NCBI GenBank assembly: GCA_009103225.1
Contig: RHPI01003642.1
Span: 331,116-395,115, forward strand
Source: Chlorokybus atmophyticus
Taxonomy: Eukaryota > Plantae > Mesostigma and Chlorokybus algae
Length of the DNA stretch: 64,000 nt
Reading direction: 5' to 3'
The stretch's first letter is position 1. Each line of letters begins with the position of its first letter. Position numbers and translations under genes: made by a program. The notes beneath the pieces were generated by a model. It saw only the letters and a program-made list of their open reading frames with translations, made no database searches and was not told where the DNA came from. Shown one piece after another: positions 1 through 10,693 of the stretch.

Positions 1-1
1 A

Positions 2-367
2 AAGGGCAAGGATGGAGACCCTCTCCTAGCTGCCAGCATAGACACACATGAAGAGTACCTCAGCGAAATCAACACCATGATCATGTCAATGAAGCGGGAG
101 ATGAGGCAACGGTACGCAGCCCTCCAGCCATTCACCCTTGTGAAACGCCGCACTGCATCTTGTGTCGAATACCTGAAAGATCCCAATCGGCGCCGGCCGC
201 AAGAGACAGCAGCTCGTGACCCGCTCGCTGAGGCAGAAGCGGCATTTGATTGGCTGGCACAACCGTTTGAGGAGGAAGAGCAAGCTCCGGCGTCTCCTCC
301 ACAGGCCCCAGCGCGTGGTGCTTTGTTCCGTAATGACGAGCAAAGCGATGATGGAGAGGAGCTGTAG
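2..367 (+). CDS. C-terminal fragment of an unknown protein, open from the window start; possibly encoded by a TIR transposon ending near 1303
   Basis: The frame is open from base 2 (KGKDGDPLLAASIDTHEEYLSEINTMIMSMKREMRQRY...) to a TAG at 365-367 and has an acidic tail. No family motif recognised. Confidence 0.4.
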   Translation, partial: KGKDGDPLLAASIDTHEEYLSEINTMIMSMKREMRQRYAALQPFTLVKRRTASCVEYLKDPNRRRPQETAARDPLAEAEAAFDWLAQPFEEEEQAPASPPQAPARGALFRNDEQSDDGEEL

Positions 368-729
368 CGCAGTTGGTAGTCCGTTTAGCTGGTAGTGTAC
401 ATAGCTACAAGGCTCTTGTGACTGAGTGTTGTGCATCTTAAACCAGCTCAGTCAATCGTCATTATGCTCATGCACATCAATACTTGCATCCCTATGATAT
501 ACAACAGAACTGCATTCGAGTCACATAATCGAACTACAAGCCTTGGCAAGTGACTGAGAGACACTGTACACATTTCAGGTACATGTACACAGCACAGGCA
601 CATAACAATGCTGGAAGTCAGTGACAGTCGCGTGTAGTCAAGCTATGCAAATACATATGCCGACAGTTAGGCATTGCTCACCTTCAGTTGTTAAAGAATG
701 CCTTATTTTGTCGATAATTACCTAGTTGG

Positions 730-1080
730 TGCTTGTGAATTAGGCTTAGTCGCCTGCGCTGGACTGGTGTGTAACCTGCAGGTGCCTGTCACATAGGCTG
801 AGTCACCTAAGTAAGACTGATGTGTAACTTACAGGTGCCCGTTGATTAGTTGTAGTCACCTAATAAGGCCTGATGTGTAACTAACAGTTGCCTTTAAATT
901 ACACATAGTCATTTGTTAAGGCCTGGTGTGTAACTAACAGGTGCCTGTTAATTATATAAAGTCACCTGTTAATGCCTGATAGGTAACTATCAGGCGCCTG
1001 TTAGTTAGGCATAGTCAACTGTCAAAGACTAAATTGTAATAAAAGGGCCTGACAGTAACGAAAGTTATTATCAGGTCCCT
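730..1080. repeat. Degenerate tandem array with a 53-bp period (about 6 units); units contain an internal inverted repeat
   Basis: The core tgtgtaac or a variant starts at 768, 821, 874, 927, 980 and 1033. Unit 4 contains TAACTAACAGG-TG-CCTGTTAATTA (931-954). Confidence 0.85.
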
Positions 1081-2416
1081 GTATCGAAATTACAGGTGGC
1101 CTAAGCCACGACAGTCTAAATTAGCGTCATCAGGTGCACGGCCGTTGCCAATATTTAGTCGGCCGGCAGGGAAAACATATTGCGACGTATTTGGTGCCCC
1201 TTTTATGTTAGCGGTTAATCGTTGGTGTTAAGTGGTATGGTGTGAAACAGTTAAAGTGAGGGTTAAAAAAATGGCATGTATTTAGGGTATGGGGCCCGCC
1301 CTGACCTCGTACTGCAAAAAATGCGTGCGTTTTAACCGTTAACCTAAATTGGCGTAAAAACGCCGACGTTTGAACTCCGCCGTTGAAATGTCGTTGCTGC
1401 AGATATGCCATTGATATATTTTTGAGCATTTGCAATGATTGGTAGCTACGCATGTCTTAGGCAACGGTGTGTAATACCGTCGCAAACCCGTTTGATCACA
1501 ATCGTGCGTGATCAATAGTAGCCTAACGACGCAATTTTTCGTTTGATTAAATCCTAACGTTAAGGTGTTTAAGGTTAGTATTATTTTACCGATCATAACC
1601 ATTGCGTTACTCAGTGGTTACCTTTGCGTAAGCGTAACATGGCAAGAACGCTACTTAATTTGCCACCTTAACAAGTGTGTTACATGTCATATCATATGGG
1701 CCATGTGCAACAATGTGCCGGCAAATGTGCACCGTGCATGTTGTGCATATTATTGATATTTATTTGCATATATGTTGAGCAGTTGCATGACGTGGGGATG
1801 TGCTGTGGGTGGTCGAGATCTGTTTGTTACAGATCGAACGGCTGATAGTTGATAGACGCCGCCTAGCCAATGAGCGGCAGGCGGGCCGCGCATACCGCGC
1901 AGCCCGGCAGTCGCGAGTGCCATATGATGCCTTGTAAGGTGTTTGCGTGTGCCTTAATGCCGGCCGCCCCGCCTAATCAGCCGCACAGCTCGTTTTTTGC
2001 ATATTGGTGCATACTGTGACAGTGCTTGCTGCTTGCTTTTGCCTACTCACTCACTAGCTGTTGGATTTTCACCATCTTTCATGGAAATAATAATGCGGTC
2101 TGCTGCCAGTTAGTAATCAATTGCACTGATTATATATGCACCTCAAATACTAATGTCACGTTTAGCGATAAAAATGGCTCTTCTATGCATGAAATAACCA
2201 TGAGTATTATGAAGACCTTTCATATTATTCAATTCTGCCCCGTACTTCATAAAATCAAGTTATATACTAAGATGTATAACTTACACAGCCGCGGTGCAGG
2301 TGACCTACCTGACCATGCATATGGTATAGAGTCGGGCCGGTAATGCACAGCCATGCACAGTCATGCACATTCACGCATACATTTGACAAGTTAACAAGAC
2401 AATATGGGCAAACTTT

Positions 2417-2712
2417 GGGCTAAGGCTAAGTGCTCTGATGTGCTATGTGCAAATGCAACGCGGGGTAGTGGTCAGGGCAGTGGGTACAAGCAAGAAGGCA
2501 GCACAACCACCAACCAACCAACATGTTGCACACAGGCTACAGTTAGACCCACAGCGCCTCCGCCAAACTGGGCTGAGGCTAGGTGCTCTGTTGTGAAAAC
2601 CAAGGCGGGGTAGTGGGCAGGCAGGACAGTGGGTACAAGCAAGCAAGCAGCACAACCAACCAACCAACCTGCTGCAACACATGCTACAGTTGGACCCACA
2701 GCGCCGCCACCA
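2417..2712. repeat. Two-copy tandem duplication of about 153 bp
   Basis: gggct(a/g)aggcta(a/g)gtgctctg starts at 2417 and 2570. Both copies carry cagtgggtacaagcaag...gacccacagcgc. Confidence 0.8.
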
Positions 2713-2843
2713 CTACGATCAACAGCAGAGCATCAAAGCAGAGCAGGGGTGGGAAGGGTAGGATGGGGCAGAATGCTGTGCTGTGATGCATGACTTATGT
2801 GGCAAGTTGTGAATTGCGGTGAGTGCTGTGTGTTTAGCGCTAT

Positions 2844-3340
2844 GCATAGCGATATAACTGATGGCTGTTGAGAACAGCAGGGGCTAGGTAGGATCACACA
2901 GCGATTTGCATTACATCACAACAAGCAACCAACCAACAATCAACCACACCATACAGCATCACACCTAGCACAGATTGGGTGAGGGCCCGCTAAGCTTAGC
3001 TACGTGAGCTACTGCTAGACCAGAGGGAGCGGGGGTGAGGTGGGCAAGGGAGGGGGGAAAAGCAATGGCACGGGTAGTAGGTCGCCCGCCAACACCGCGA
3101 GGAAAGATGTCAGCGATGCCCACGCCACCAGCAGCATTTACGACTCGACTCGACTGCTATGCCCCCAAGGGTTTCACCGCCTCTGCCTTTATAACCCTGC
3201 GCAACTAACAACGGCGCTTAGCCACCATTTGCACCATGCACAATTGCAATGTTTTGCACAGCAGGGCATCCTCGCAGTTTGCAGCACAGCAGGATAAGAT
3301 AGCAGCAGTGCTGCTGCAGCACGACCAGACTTGCATGTGG
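2844..3340 (-). repeat. Downstream pseudo-LTR of the Penelope-like element
   Basis: Direct repeat of ~21227-21700 (gcatagcgata...gcacgaccagacttgcat) with scattered substitutions and small indels. Confidence 0.85.
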
Positions 3341-3387
3341 GCAGTGGATTTGCTCCCCGCACTTGACACATGTAAGCTTACCTGAAC

Positions 3388-3688
3388 TTACCTGACTCCC
3401 GTACCTTGTGCTTTGCGTTTGGCATCCAACCTCTGCGCAATCATCGTGTACAACTGCCTGCAGTTGGTGTTATACACCAACCCTTGCATGTTCCACATCT
3501 TGCCCCTCAATCTTCGCATGAGCAGCCTCTGGTTATGTCCATCTTTGCACATGTCGTCCAAAAGCCGCAACATCTGAGCCAAGAAGTTAAGTTTAAGTTT
3601 GTACATGCAAATGCGCATGAATCTTATGCACTGCGATACGACTAATCCTTGCTTTGTTGTTCTTGCAATGTTGGAGTGGGGGTGTGAT
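3388..3688 (-). pseudogene. C-terminal (thumb) part of the Penelope-like RT
   Basis: HPHSNIARTTKQGLVVSQCIRFMRIC resembles the PLE 'HP.S....K.G...SQ..R..RIC' segment and joins the RT at 18694 once the hAT and one TSD are removed. Confidence 0.75.
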
Positions 3689-4732
3689 CCTAGTTGTACA
3701 ATGCGGATACGGCATTGAATGCCGTGCATTCAACTTACAGTGAAAGTGCGTGTTATAACATGACTAATGCGGCCCAATACGGCTATTATTTATGAGCTGG
3801 GTTAATCAATAGCAAATGAGGAGCTGTGATGCTGTGTTCGTGCGTGCATCTGCTGTTTCATGTAATTGATGCGCGAATCTGTTACATATGTCATTGAACA
3901 CCATGCATGCATACAATGAAGTGTCCGTATCATAATGCACTGTCCTACTCTACTACTCTGCACGTGTGACATCAGAAATCTTATAACTCGATTTTAGATG
4001 CTAACATGTTGTCGCCATCCTCCTCGCTTGCAGCCCCATCATCCGCATCGTCCGTCTCACTTGCCTGCGAAGCATCACTCCAAGGTTGTACATCCCATGC
4101 AGCAAACTCCTCCTCATATTCGAGGGTGGACCACTCGTCCATGAGGCGAATGTTGCTGAAAACCCACACCAAGTCGCGCGCTCGCTCAGGCAGCAAACGT
4201 TTGCGCTTCTTGCTATGAATGTGATTATAAGTGCTCCAAGCGCGCTCACATGCAGAGGCATTGATAACATGTGCTAACACTTTTATGGTCACGCGTTGTA
4301 GCTGTGAGGCAGCGCTCAAATTGCAGCCACCGTTGGTGTGCGGGCATCTTGCTTGCTGAGGCCTGTGCAATGTCCATGCCAAACATCCCATGCCCTTGAC
4401 GGTACTGCGCCAGTTGCAGGCTCAACTCCACGCGATCCTCTTCACTTCAAGTTGGCAGCAACTTCTTAGCGTTTCTTAAAAAAACCCTTTTATGACATCC
4501 GCTTGCGCATGTTAATCCACTAGCCCAAATTCTGGGTCGAGAACATGCCCAGCAAACAATACATCGTTTTGCATCATCCGTCACCGCTTGTTAAAGAATG
4601 GTATGATAGCTTCAATGAGTTGACGACGCATAATGGAAGCCACCAGCGTGTCTCGTGCTGCCATCACCTTATGCACGAGCTTTTCTGCAACATGACATGA
4701 CATGTTGGTTATGTATGCTATTGAGTGCGAGG

Positions 4733-5744
4733 TGTAACGATACCACTCACTTACTTGCTGGGCGGCTTGGCGAACTTATGCACAAGCACAAGGACTTACC
4801 ACTGGAAGCCCCACCAGCGTTACTGGTGCAGTACCTTGCAGAGGAAGTCACAGCACCGCACCAAGGAAGGAGAGGATGACACCAACCTCTCTACTCAGCT
4901 CCCCACACACTCACACACCCAAGCACACCTCACACACATGTGCAAAGCTGCCACGGACATCACACCCCACATGGGATGAGAGGGAGAGCCCCTTGAACAA
5001 CTAAACTAGGCACCCCACACACAAGAGTCGAGTATGCACATGCTGAGCTGCCTCAACACATGTTGAGGCCGTTCATATACCCTCTCTTTGCTGCTCTCCA
5101 ACTTAGAACATCCAAGTCCAAGGCTACATGCCTTGTCATGGCTGCGTTGACCACAACTCATGTCTAGGGCTGCCACATCAGCCCTTGGACCTCTTTCAAC
5201 GCCCAAGACTGATCACACATCAGCCTCGGACATTGTAAACGTCCCTAGGCTGGTCACATCAGCCTAGGACATCACACACATCATCCTTGGACGTTGTGAA
5301 CGTCCTTGGCTGGTCACATCAGCCTAAAACATCATACTCATGCATACATATGCATCCTTATGCAAACATATGCGCGCATATGCACACATATGCGCATGCA
5401 TGCATATACATGCATACATCTAGTACATACCTCTCATGCACGCATATGCACTCATATGCGTACATGTGCACACATATGCAAACACATGCATGCGGACATA
5501 TGCACACATATGTCTCTGTACATCACATGATGTCTCATCGGCTATGATCAGCCCTGTGCTTGCCATCATGCCTTGTGTAGTTCATCATGCTTAAAGCCGC
5601 ACAGGCTCTAGCGCAGACCTACATGAGAGCACACCCACAAGCACTACACACGCTTGCGTAGTGTTGGTCCCCACTTGGTCTCATCTTACTTACCACATAA
5701 GTAAGGGACAGAGAATGACTTTTGCCTGCCCTGTGGGCGTGACA
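4733..5744 (-). repeat. 3' LTR of the gypsy element (1012 bp)
   Basis: Near-identical to 10694-11706. Starts tgtaacg and ends gtgaca on the + strand. Confidence 0.97.
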
Positions 5745-5756
5745 TTCCTCCCCACT
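5745..5756 (-). other. Polypurine tract of the gypsy element
   Basis: + strand ttcctccccact reads AGTGGGGAGGAA on the - strand, immediately before the 3' LTR. Confidence 0.85.
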
Positions 5757-5996
5757 TGCATTGCAACGACCGCGTTGCAAAAGGGTGGGACACTAGTCCC
5801 GCACAAACCGCAGCCAGGCTAGCCAGGCCTGACTGAGTGGCAGTGCTTCACGTGAAAGTAGTGCAAGTCGTGGGAGTGACAACCAACTCTGATACTGTGT
5901 ACAAGTGCATGCGGTGTTGGTATGTTACATGAAGATGCTCTGGGCATGTGCACATGCTCCTACAGGCTGAGCACTAGTAGCTCTGAGCACACGCTC

Positions 5997-8900
5997 TCAA
6001 GTGGCACCTGTAGATTTGCGCTCATTCTCAAACTCCTCCAACAAGGCAGCACAGTTTGCCAAGTTGGTTTTCGCCTCCCAGGTGTTATGCTCTTCGCCAT
6101 AACCAAGCCACTTCACTAGGTATTGGATCCGAAAGTTCTTCTTGTACTTTCTGAACCGTTTGCCAACAATGGCCTCGACCTCATACTCGAGATCGCCCTC
6201 AACCTCAACTGGAGGGCGAGGGGTTGCACTTGACCGTCACTCTTGTACTGTTTCAGCAGTGCTACATGAAACACATCATGTACTTGCATGCTCTTCGGCA
6301 AGTCAAGCCGAAAGGCACGGTCACCAACACTGTCGGTGATGCGGAATGGACCCAGCCACCTTGGTAGCAACTTGCGTACCCCGCTTGTTTTGAGTCGAAC
6401 CGTTCTTCGAGCTCAACAACACTTGATCTCCAACTGCGAGCTCATCTCCAGGCCTATGTTGCCTGTTGGCATACATCTTTTGCCTGTTTTGTGCTGCTCT
6501 CAAGCAGTCTTTTGCATGTGCCAACGAGGCATGCATGCTCTCTGTGAAGTTTCTAGCTATCGGCACTTTGCTAAGTGGCTTGACATTCAGAGACATGGGT
6601 GTCAACACATGACGACCGTAGTTCAGATAGAAAGGAGTGCTTCTTAGCAACTCATGCCATGCATTGTTCACAGCGAACTCAGCAAGTGGCAGGTACACAT
6701 CCCAATCATCGAACCTAAGTGACGTGTAGTGGCGTAGCACATCTTCCAACACCTGATTGACGCGCTCCGTCTGTCCGTCACTCTGTAAATGGTAAGCAGT
6801 GCTCAAGCTCTGCTTAGTCCCCAAGTACCGGCACACAGCCTGCCAGAACTGGCTCACAAACTTGGGGTCACGGTCAGACACCAACTCTTTGGGTACACCG
6901 TGTGATCTGATCACGAGTTCACAAAGACAAACGCAAACTCTTGCGCATCAATGTCTGTGCGACAGGGCTCAAATCTGACCATCTTGGTTAAGCGATCAAC
7001 CAAGACAATGACAGCACTGTGTCCCTTCTCTGTCACAGGTAGATCTGTGATCAGATCCATGCTCACACTCTCCCATTGATAGTTGGGAATAGCCAAGGGC
7101 TTCAGCAACCCTGCTGGCTTCCGGTGCGAGGCCTTGTCTCTTTTACAAGTGTCACAACACGCGACATATTTAGATGCATCAGCACCCAAGCTCGGCCACC
7201 AATACTGTCTCTGCAGCTGCTTGATGATCTTTGCCATTCCCATGTGCCCACTGTACACGGAATTGTGTGCCTCAAACAAACACTCTTGCCTCAAGCCGAG
7301 TGCATCTGGCACTTTCAACTTGCCCTCACGGTATCAGAGGCCCTTGTGACAAGTGATCTTGTCGTCTGCCTGCTTCAGCAACTCAACAAACCATGTGTCA
7401 AGTGCATAAGCACTAGGCAAACGCTGTATGATGTCTTCCACATCAACGGCCATTGGGTCCTCCCCAATTGGCTCGTGCACTACCAACGGTGCTTCACTGT
7501 CTGCTCTCTCGAGCTCAGTTGGCATCTCGCTGGTCTCTGTTGCCATTGGTGTCTCATTGACAGCTTGCTCATGCACAGATGGCAACTCAAAAGTACTGGC
7601 ACTAGCATCACTTGCTTGTGCCCACCCTTGGCTTCGTGCACGTGCACGTATTGTCACTGCCAACAGCAATGGCGAACGGCTCAAAGGGTCTGCCACATTC
7701 ACTCTCCATAGTCTGTAAACCCAGGTAAAGTTGAATCTAGACAAGTACTCAGCCCACCTTGCTTGTCTGCTCGACAAGGTTGGTTGGGTCTGAAAGAAAA
7801 CAAGGGGGTTGTGGTCCGTGATCACATTAAACCCGCCTTCCACCCCCTCTAGATAGCAACGCCACTCTTGTAGCGCATGGACTACCCCCAACAACTCTTG
7901 CTCAGTTGTTGTATAGTTCCTCTCAGCAGGAGAGAACTTCTTGCTAGCATAAGCAAGAGGGTGCCCACTCTGGAGCAACACAGCACCAATGCCTTCAACA
8001 GATGCATCACAGTTTACCTCAAAGGGCTTGGTGAAGTCCGGCAGCTGCAACACAGGCGCTGTCACCAAAGCCTCTTTGATGGACGCAAAGGCTTCTTGCT
8101 GCCTCTGTGACCACCTCCACACGACCTTGTCACGCAACAGATTAGAAAGAGGGGCAACACGCGATGAGTAACCCAGAATGTACTTGCGGAAGTAGTTGCT
8201 CAAGCCTAAGAATGCGCGCAGCTCGTGCACATTCTTGGGACTGGGCCAATCCTTGACCTTGGCAACCTTCCTTGGGTTAGGGCGCACGCCCTCCTTGTTC
8301 ACAATGTGCCCGAGGAACTCTGGCTCCTTTTTGCCAAAATCGCACTTGGGCATGTAAGCATAGAAACGGTGCGCACGCAGCGTTTCCAACACCTCGCGCA
8401 CTTGCACAACGTGCATGTTAGCATCCTTGCTGAACACAAGTATATCATCAAGATATACAAGCACTGTCTTCCCGATCAGCTTGTGAAACACACGGTTCAT
8501 TATAGCTTGAAAGGTGGCTGGCGCATTCGTCAGACCAAAAGGCAGCAGCTTTGTACTGAAAGTGTCCCACAGGCGATCTAAACGCTGTCTTGGGCACATC
8601 TTCCGGTGTGATCCGAATCTGATGGTACCCACTGATGAGATCCAAGGAGCTGAACACTGAGGCACCGCTCAGTTGATCAAGCAAGTCATCTATCCTTGGC
8701 AGCGGATACCTGTTCTTGATGGTCAGCTTGTTCAAGGCCCTATAGTCTACGCACATGCGTAGCCTGCCGTCCTTCTTAGGTACGAAAAGAATGAGTGCTC
8801 CGAAAGGAGAGCTACTTAGCTCATTCAATCCCTTCTTCAGCAAGGCCTTGATCTGCCCCTCCATGTCCGCATACTCAGTTGGACTCAGCCTATACACAGG

Positions 8901-10326
8901 TCTGAACGGAGGCTGCGCATCAGACTCTAGAAGGATCGTATGCCAGACGTCCCTCTCAGGTGGCAATGCAGGCAATTCAGCTTAAAACACATCAGTAAAT
9001 TCAGACAACAGACCTTCAAGGGCCGTGTCTGGTGGCTTGCCACCGGTCTCACCAACTGAGGTGGAAGTGTCGTCGTTGCCGACTGGCCGGACGAGCACTG
9101 GAAGAGGTTGAGCTCCATGGCGAACAGCCCTCTTCACCTGCATGGCACTTAACAAAGAACATAAGACATCTGTACTTGATGCATCATCAACAGAGCTAAC
9201 AATGGGCGCAACATTGTGCCCATCTGCATGCAAGGTCACACGACCTCGACCTTTGCGTACACTGCAAAGTTTTGTGTCCGCTTCTGTGCGCAAGCCACAT
9301 GCTTGCTCCCAACAATGACATCCACGCCTGGCACCTCTACTAGGATGACCAAGAACTTGAGCTGAGCATCATATGATAGCCTTGCACACGCACAGACAAG
9401 CGTACAACTCCCCGCACGGGGATCTCAAGCTTGTTCAAGGCAACAACCGTGTCATCACACTTGCTGACACGAATGCCTAAGCGTCGCACAAGAGATTCAC
9501 TCACGAAGTTCTCAGGTGTGCTCGTGTCTATCGTCAAGATGCACAGCACATGCGCAACAGAAGCCTTGAACAACCAAGTCAAGTCCAGAGAACTTACCTC
9601 ATGGATGGCAAGAGGGTCATACAACACACGCATCTGCCCCTTACCTAGCTTGACCTCTCCCAGGACCTGCATGCCTTTAACAAAGCGGGTCCACAACCCA
9701 GGACGCTTGGGTACAACCACGCATGCACTTGTGTTGTGCGCACTCTTGCTCTTGCAATCTACATAGTGCTTGAGCATGTTTGACAACTCGTCAACAGGTG
9801 CATTGAGCAAGACACACTTGCCCGCACAGTCGTGCTGCATGAATTGAGTATCTATTTGTACACCCAACTCGTTCTCCCACACATCGACATTGCATGGTTG
9901 GGGAAGGCGTGACATTAAGTCACTGAAAGCACATTGCGTATCAACGTCCACAGAGCAGCTAGCCATTGGCAATCCCTGTTGTATACATGGCTTCTTGCTC
10001 TCTTCATGTCCCTCATACATGAGAGCATGGCCCCGAGCAGCATCAGCTTCAGCTTCACAAAGCTGTGCTTCACGGCTACGCTTACGCTCTCGGTGGTTCT
10101 GTACACTTGCATCAACAGATGCACCAACATGTCCCTTACTTGGGATTGCACAGTCAACGATGTCACTTGACCGTTACCATTGAGCTATGTTGGCCTCGTG
10201 TTGTTGCTGTAACTCTGTTACCTGCTCACACAACGTGGCAACCAAAGTGGTAAGCTGTCGGGTGGTCTTAGCAACATCATTGCACCAAGATACCTCCTCT
10301 CTTGCTGTATGCTCTTGCTCAGCCAT
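5997..10326 (-). pseudogene. Gypsy polyprotein: short coiled coil, Dam-like MTase-like domain, protease, RT, RNase H, integrase, chromodomain; several frameshifts and stops
   Basis: Protease [45 protein letters not shown] and YLDDIL. RH CDAS.EGIGAVL...TDHNPL. IN HNSVYSGHMG...CDTC, SMDLITDLP, SDRDPKF and QSDGQTER. Chromodomain YEVEAIVGKR...YLVKWLGYGEEHNTWE (~6040-6190). Confidence 0.93.
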
Positions 10327-10693
10327 TGCCACAAAGGTTAGGGCCAACACCACAAGGTGAGGTCCCTGTAACAAATGCACTCACGCGCACACGCGCGCAC
10401 ACACGCGCACACGCGCCGCGCTGCAGCAGCTGGTGCAGCAATAAGCCAATGCGTGTGTAATGCTGTGTATGTGCAGCAAGAACACACAACTAATGCTCAA
10501 ATCAGCGTGTAGAACGACCCACACCGTGCATGCAAGTGTGCACGCAGCTGGACGCACCAACTAGCATGCACAATCAGCTCAAAACCCTGCCATGTAGTGC
10601 GTGCAAGCTAAGAATGCAACGCACGCACGGTGCAGCAAGTGCATGAGCTGATGGGCAAGCATGCAAAGCTTGAAATGCAAGCTCCGAGTTCAA

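Noticed and set aside
730-1080. CRISPR-like repeat-spacer array
   Set aside because: The 'spacers' resemble each other (all contain agtca..t.ttaa), the repeats are degenerate, the context is eukaryotic and there are no cas genes. It is a tandem repeat.
1305-2020. Possible MITE starting CCTCGTACTGCAAAAAATG
   Set aside because: No matching inverted terminus or TSD found downstream.
3061-3130. HDV-like ribozyme in the pLTR (UCCUCGY-GG loop)
   Set aside because: P1 and P2 of the double pseudoknot could not be paired consistently in both copies; only a simple hairpin forms.
4655-5547. ORFs inside the LTRs (also 10716-11640)
   Set aside because: Low-complexity H/T/Y/M/C products of the catatg tract, duplicated only because the LTR is duplicated. 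No protein motifs.
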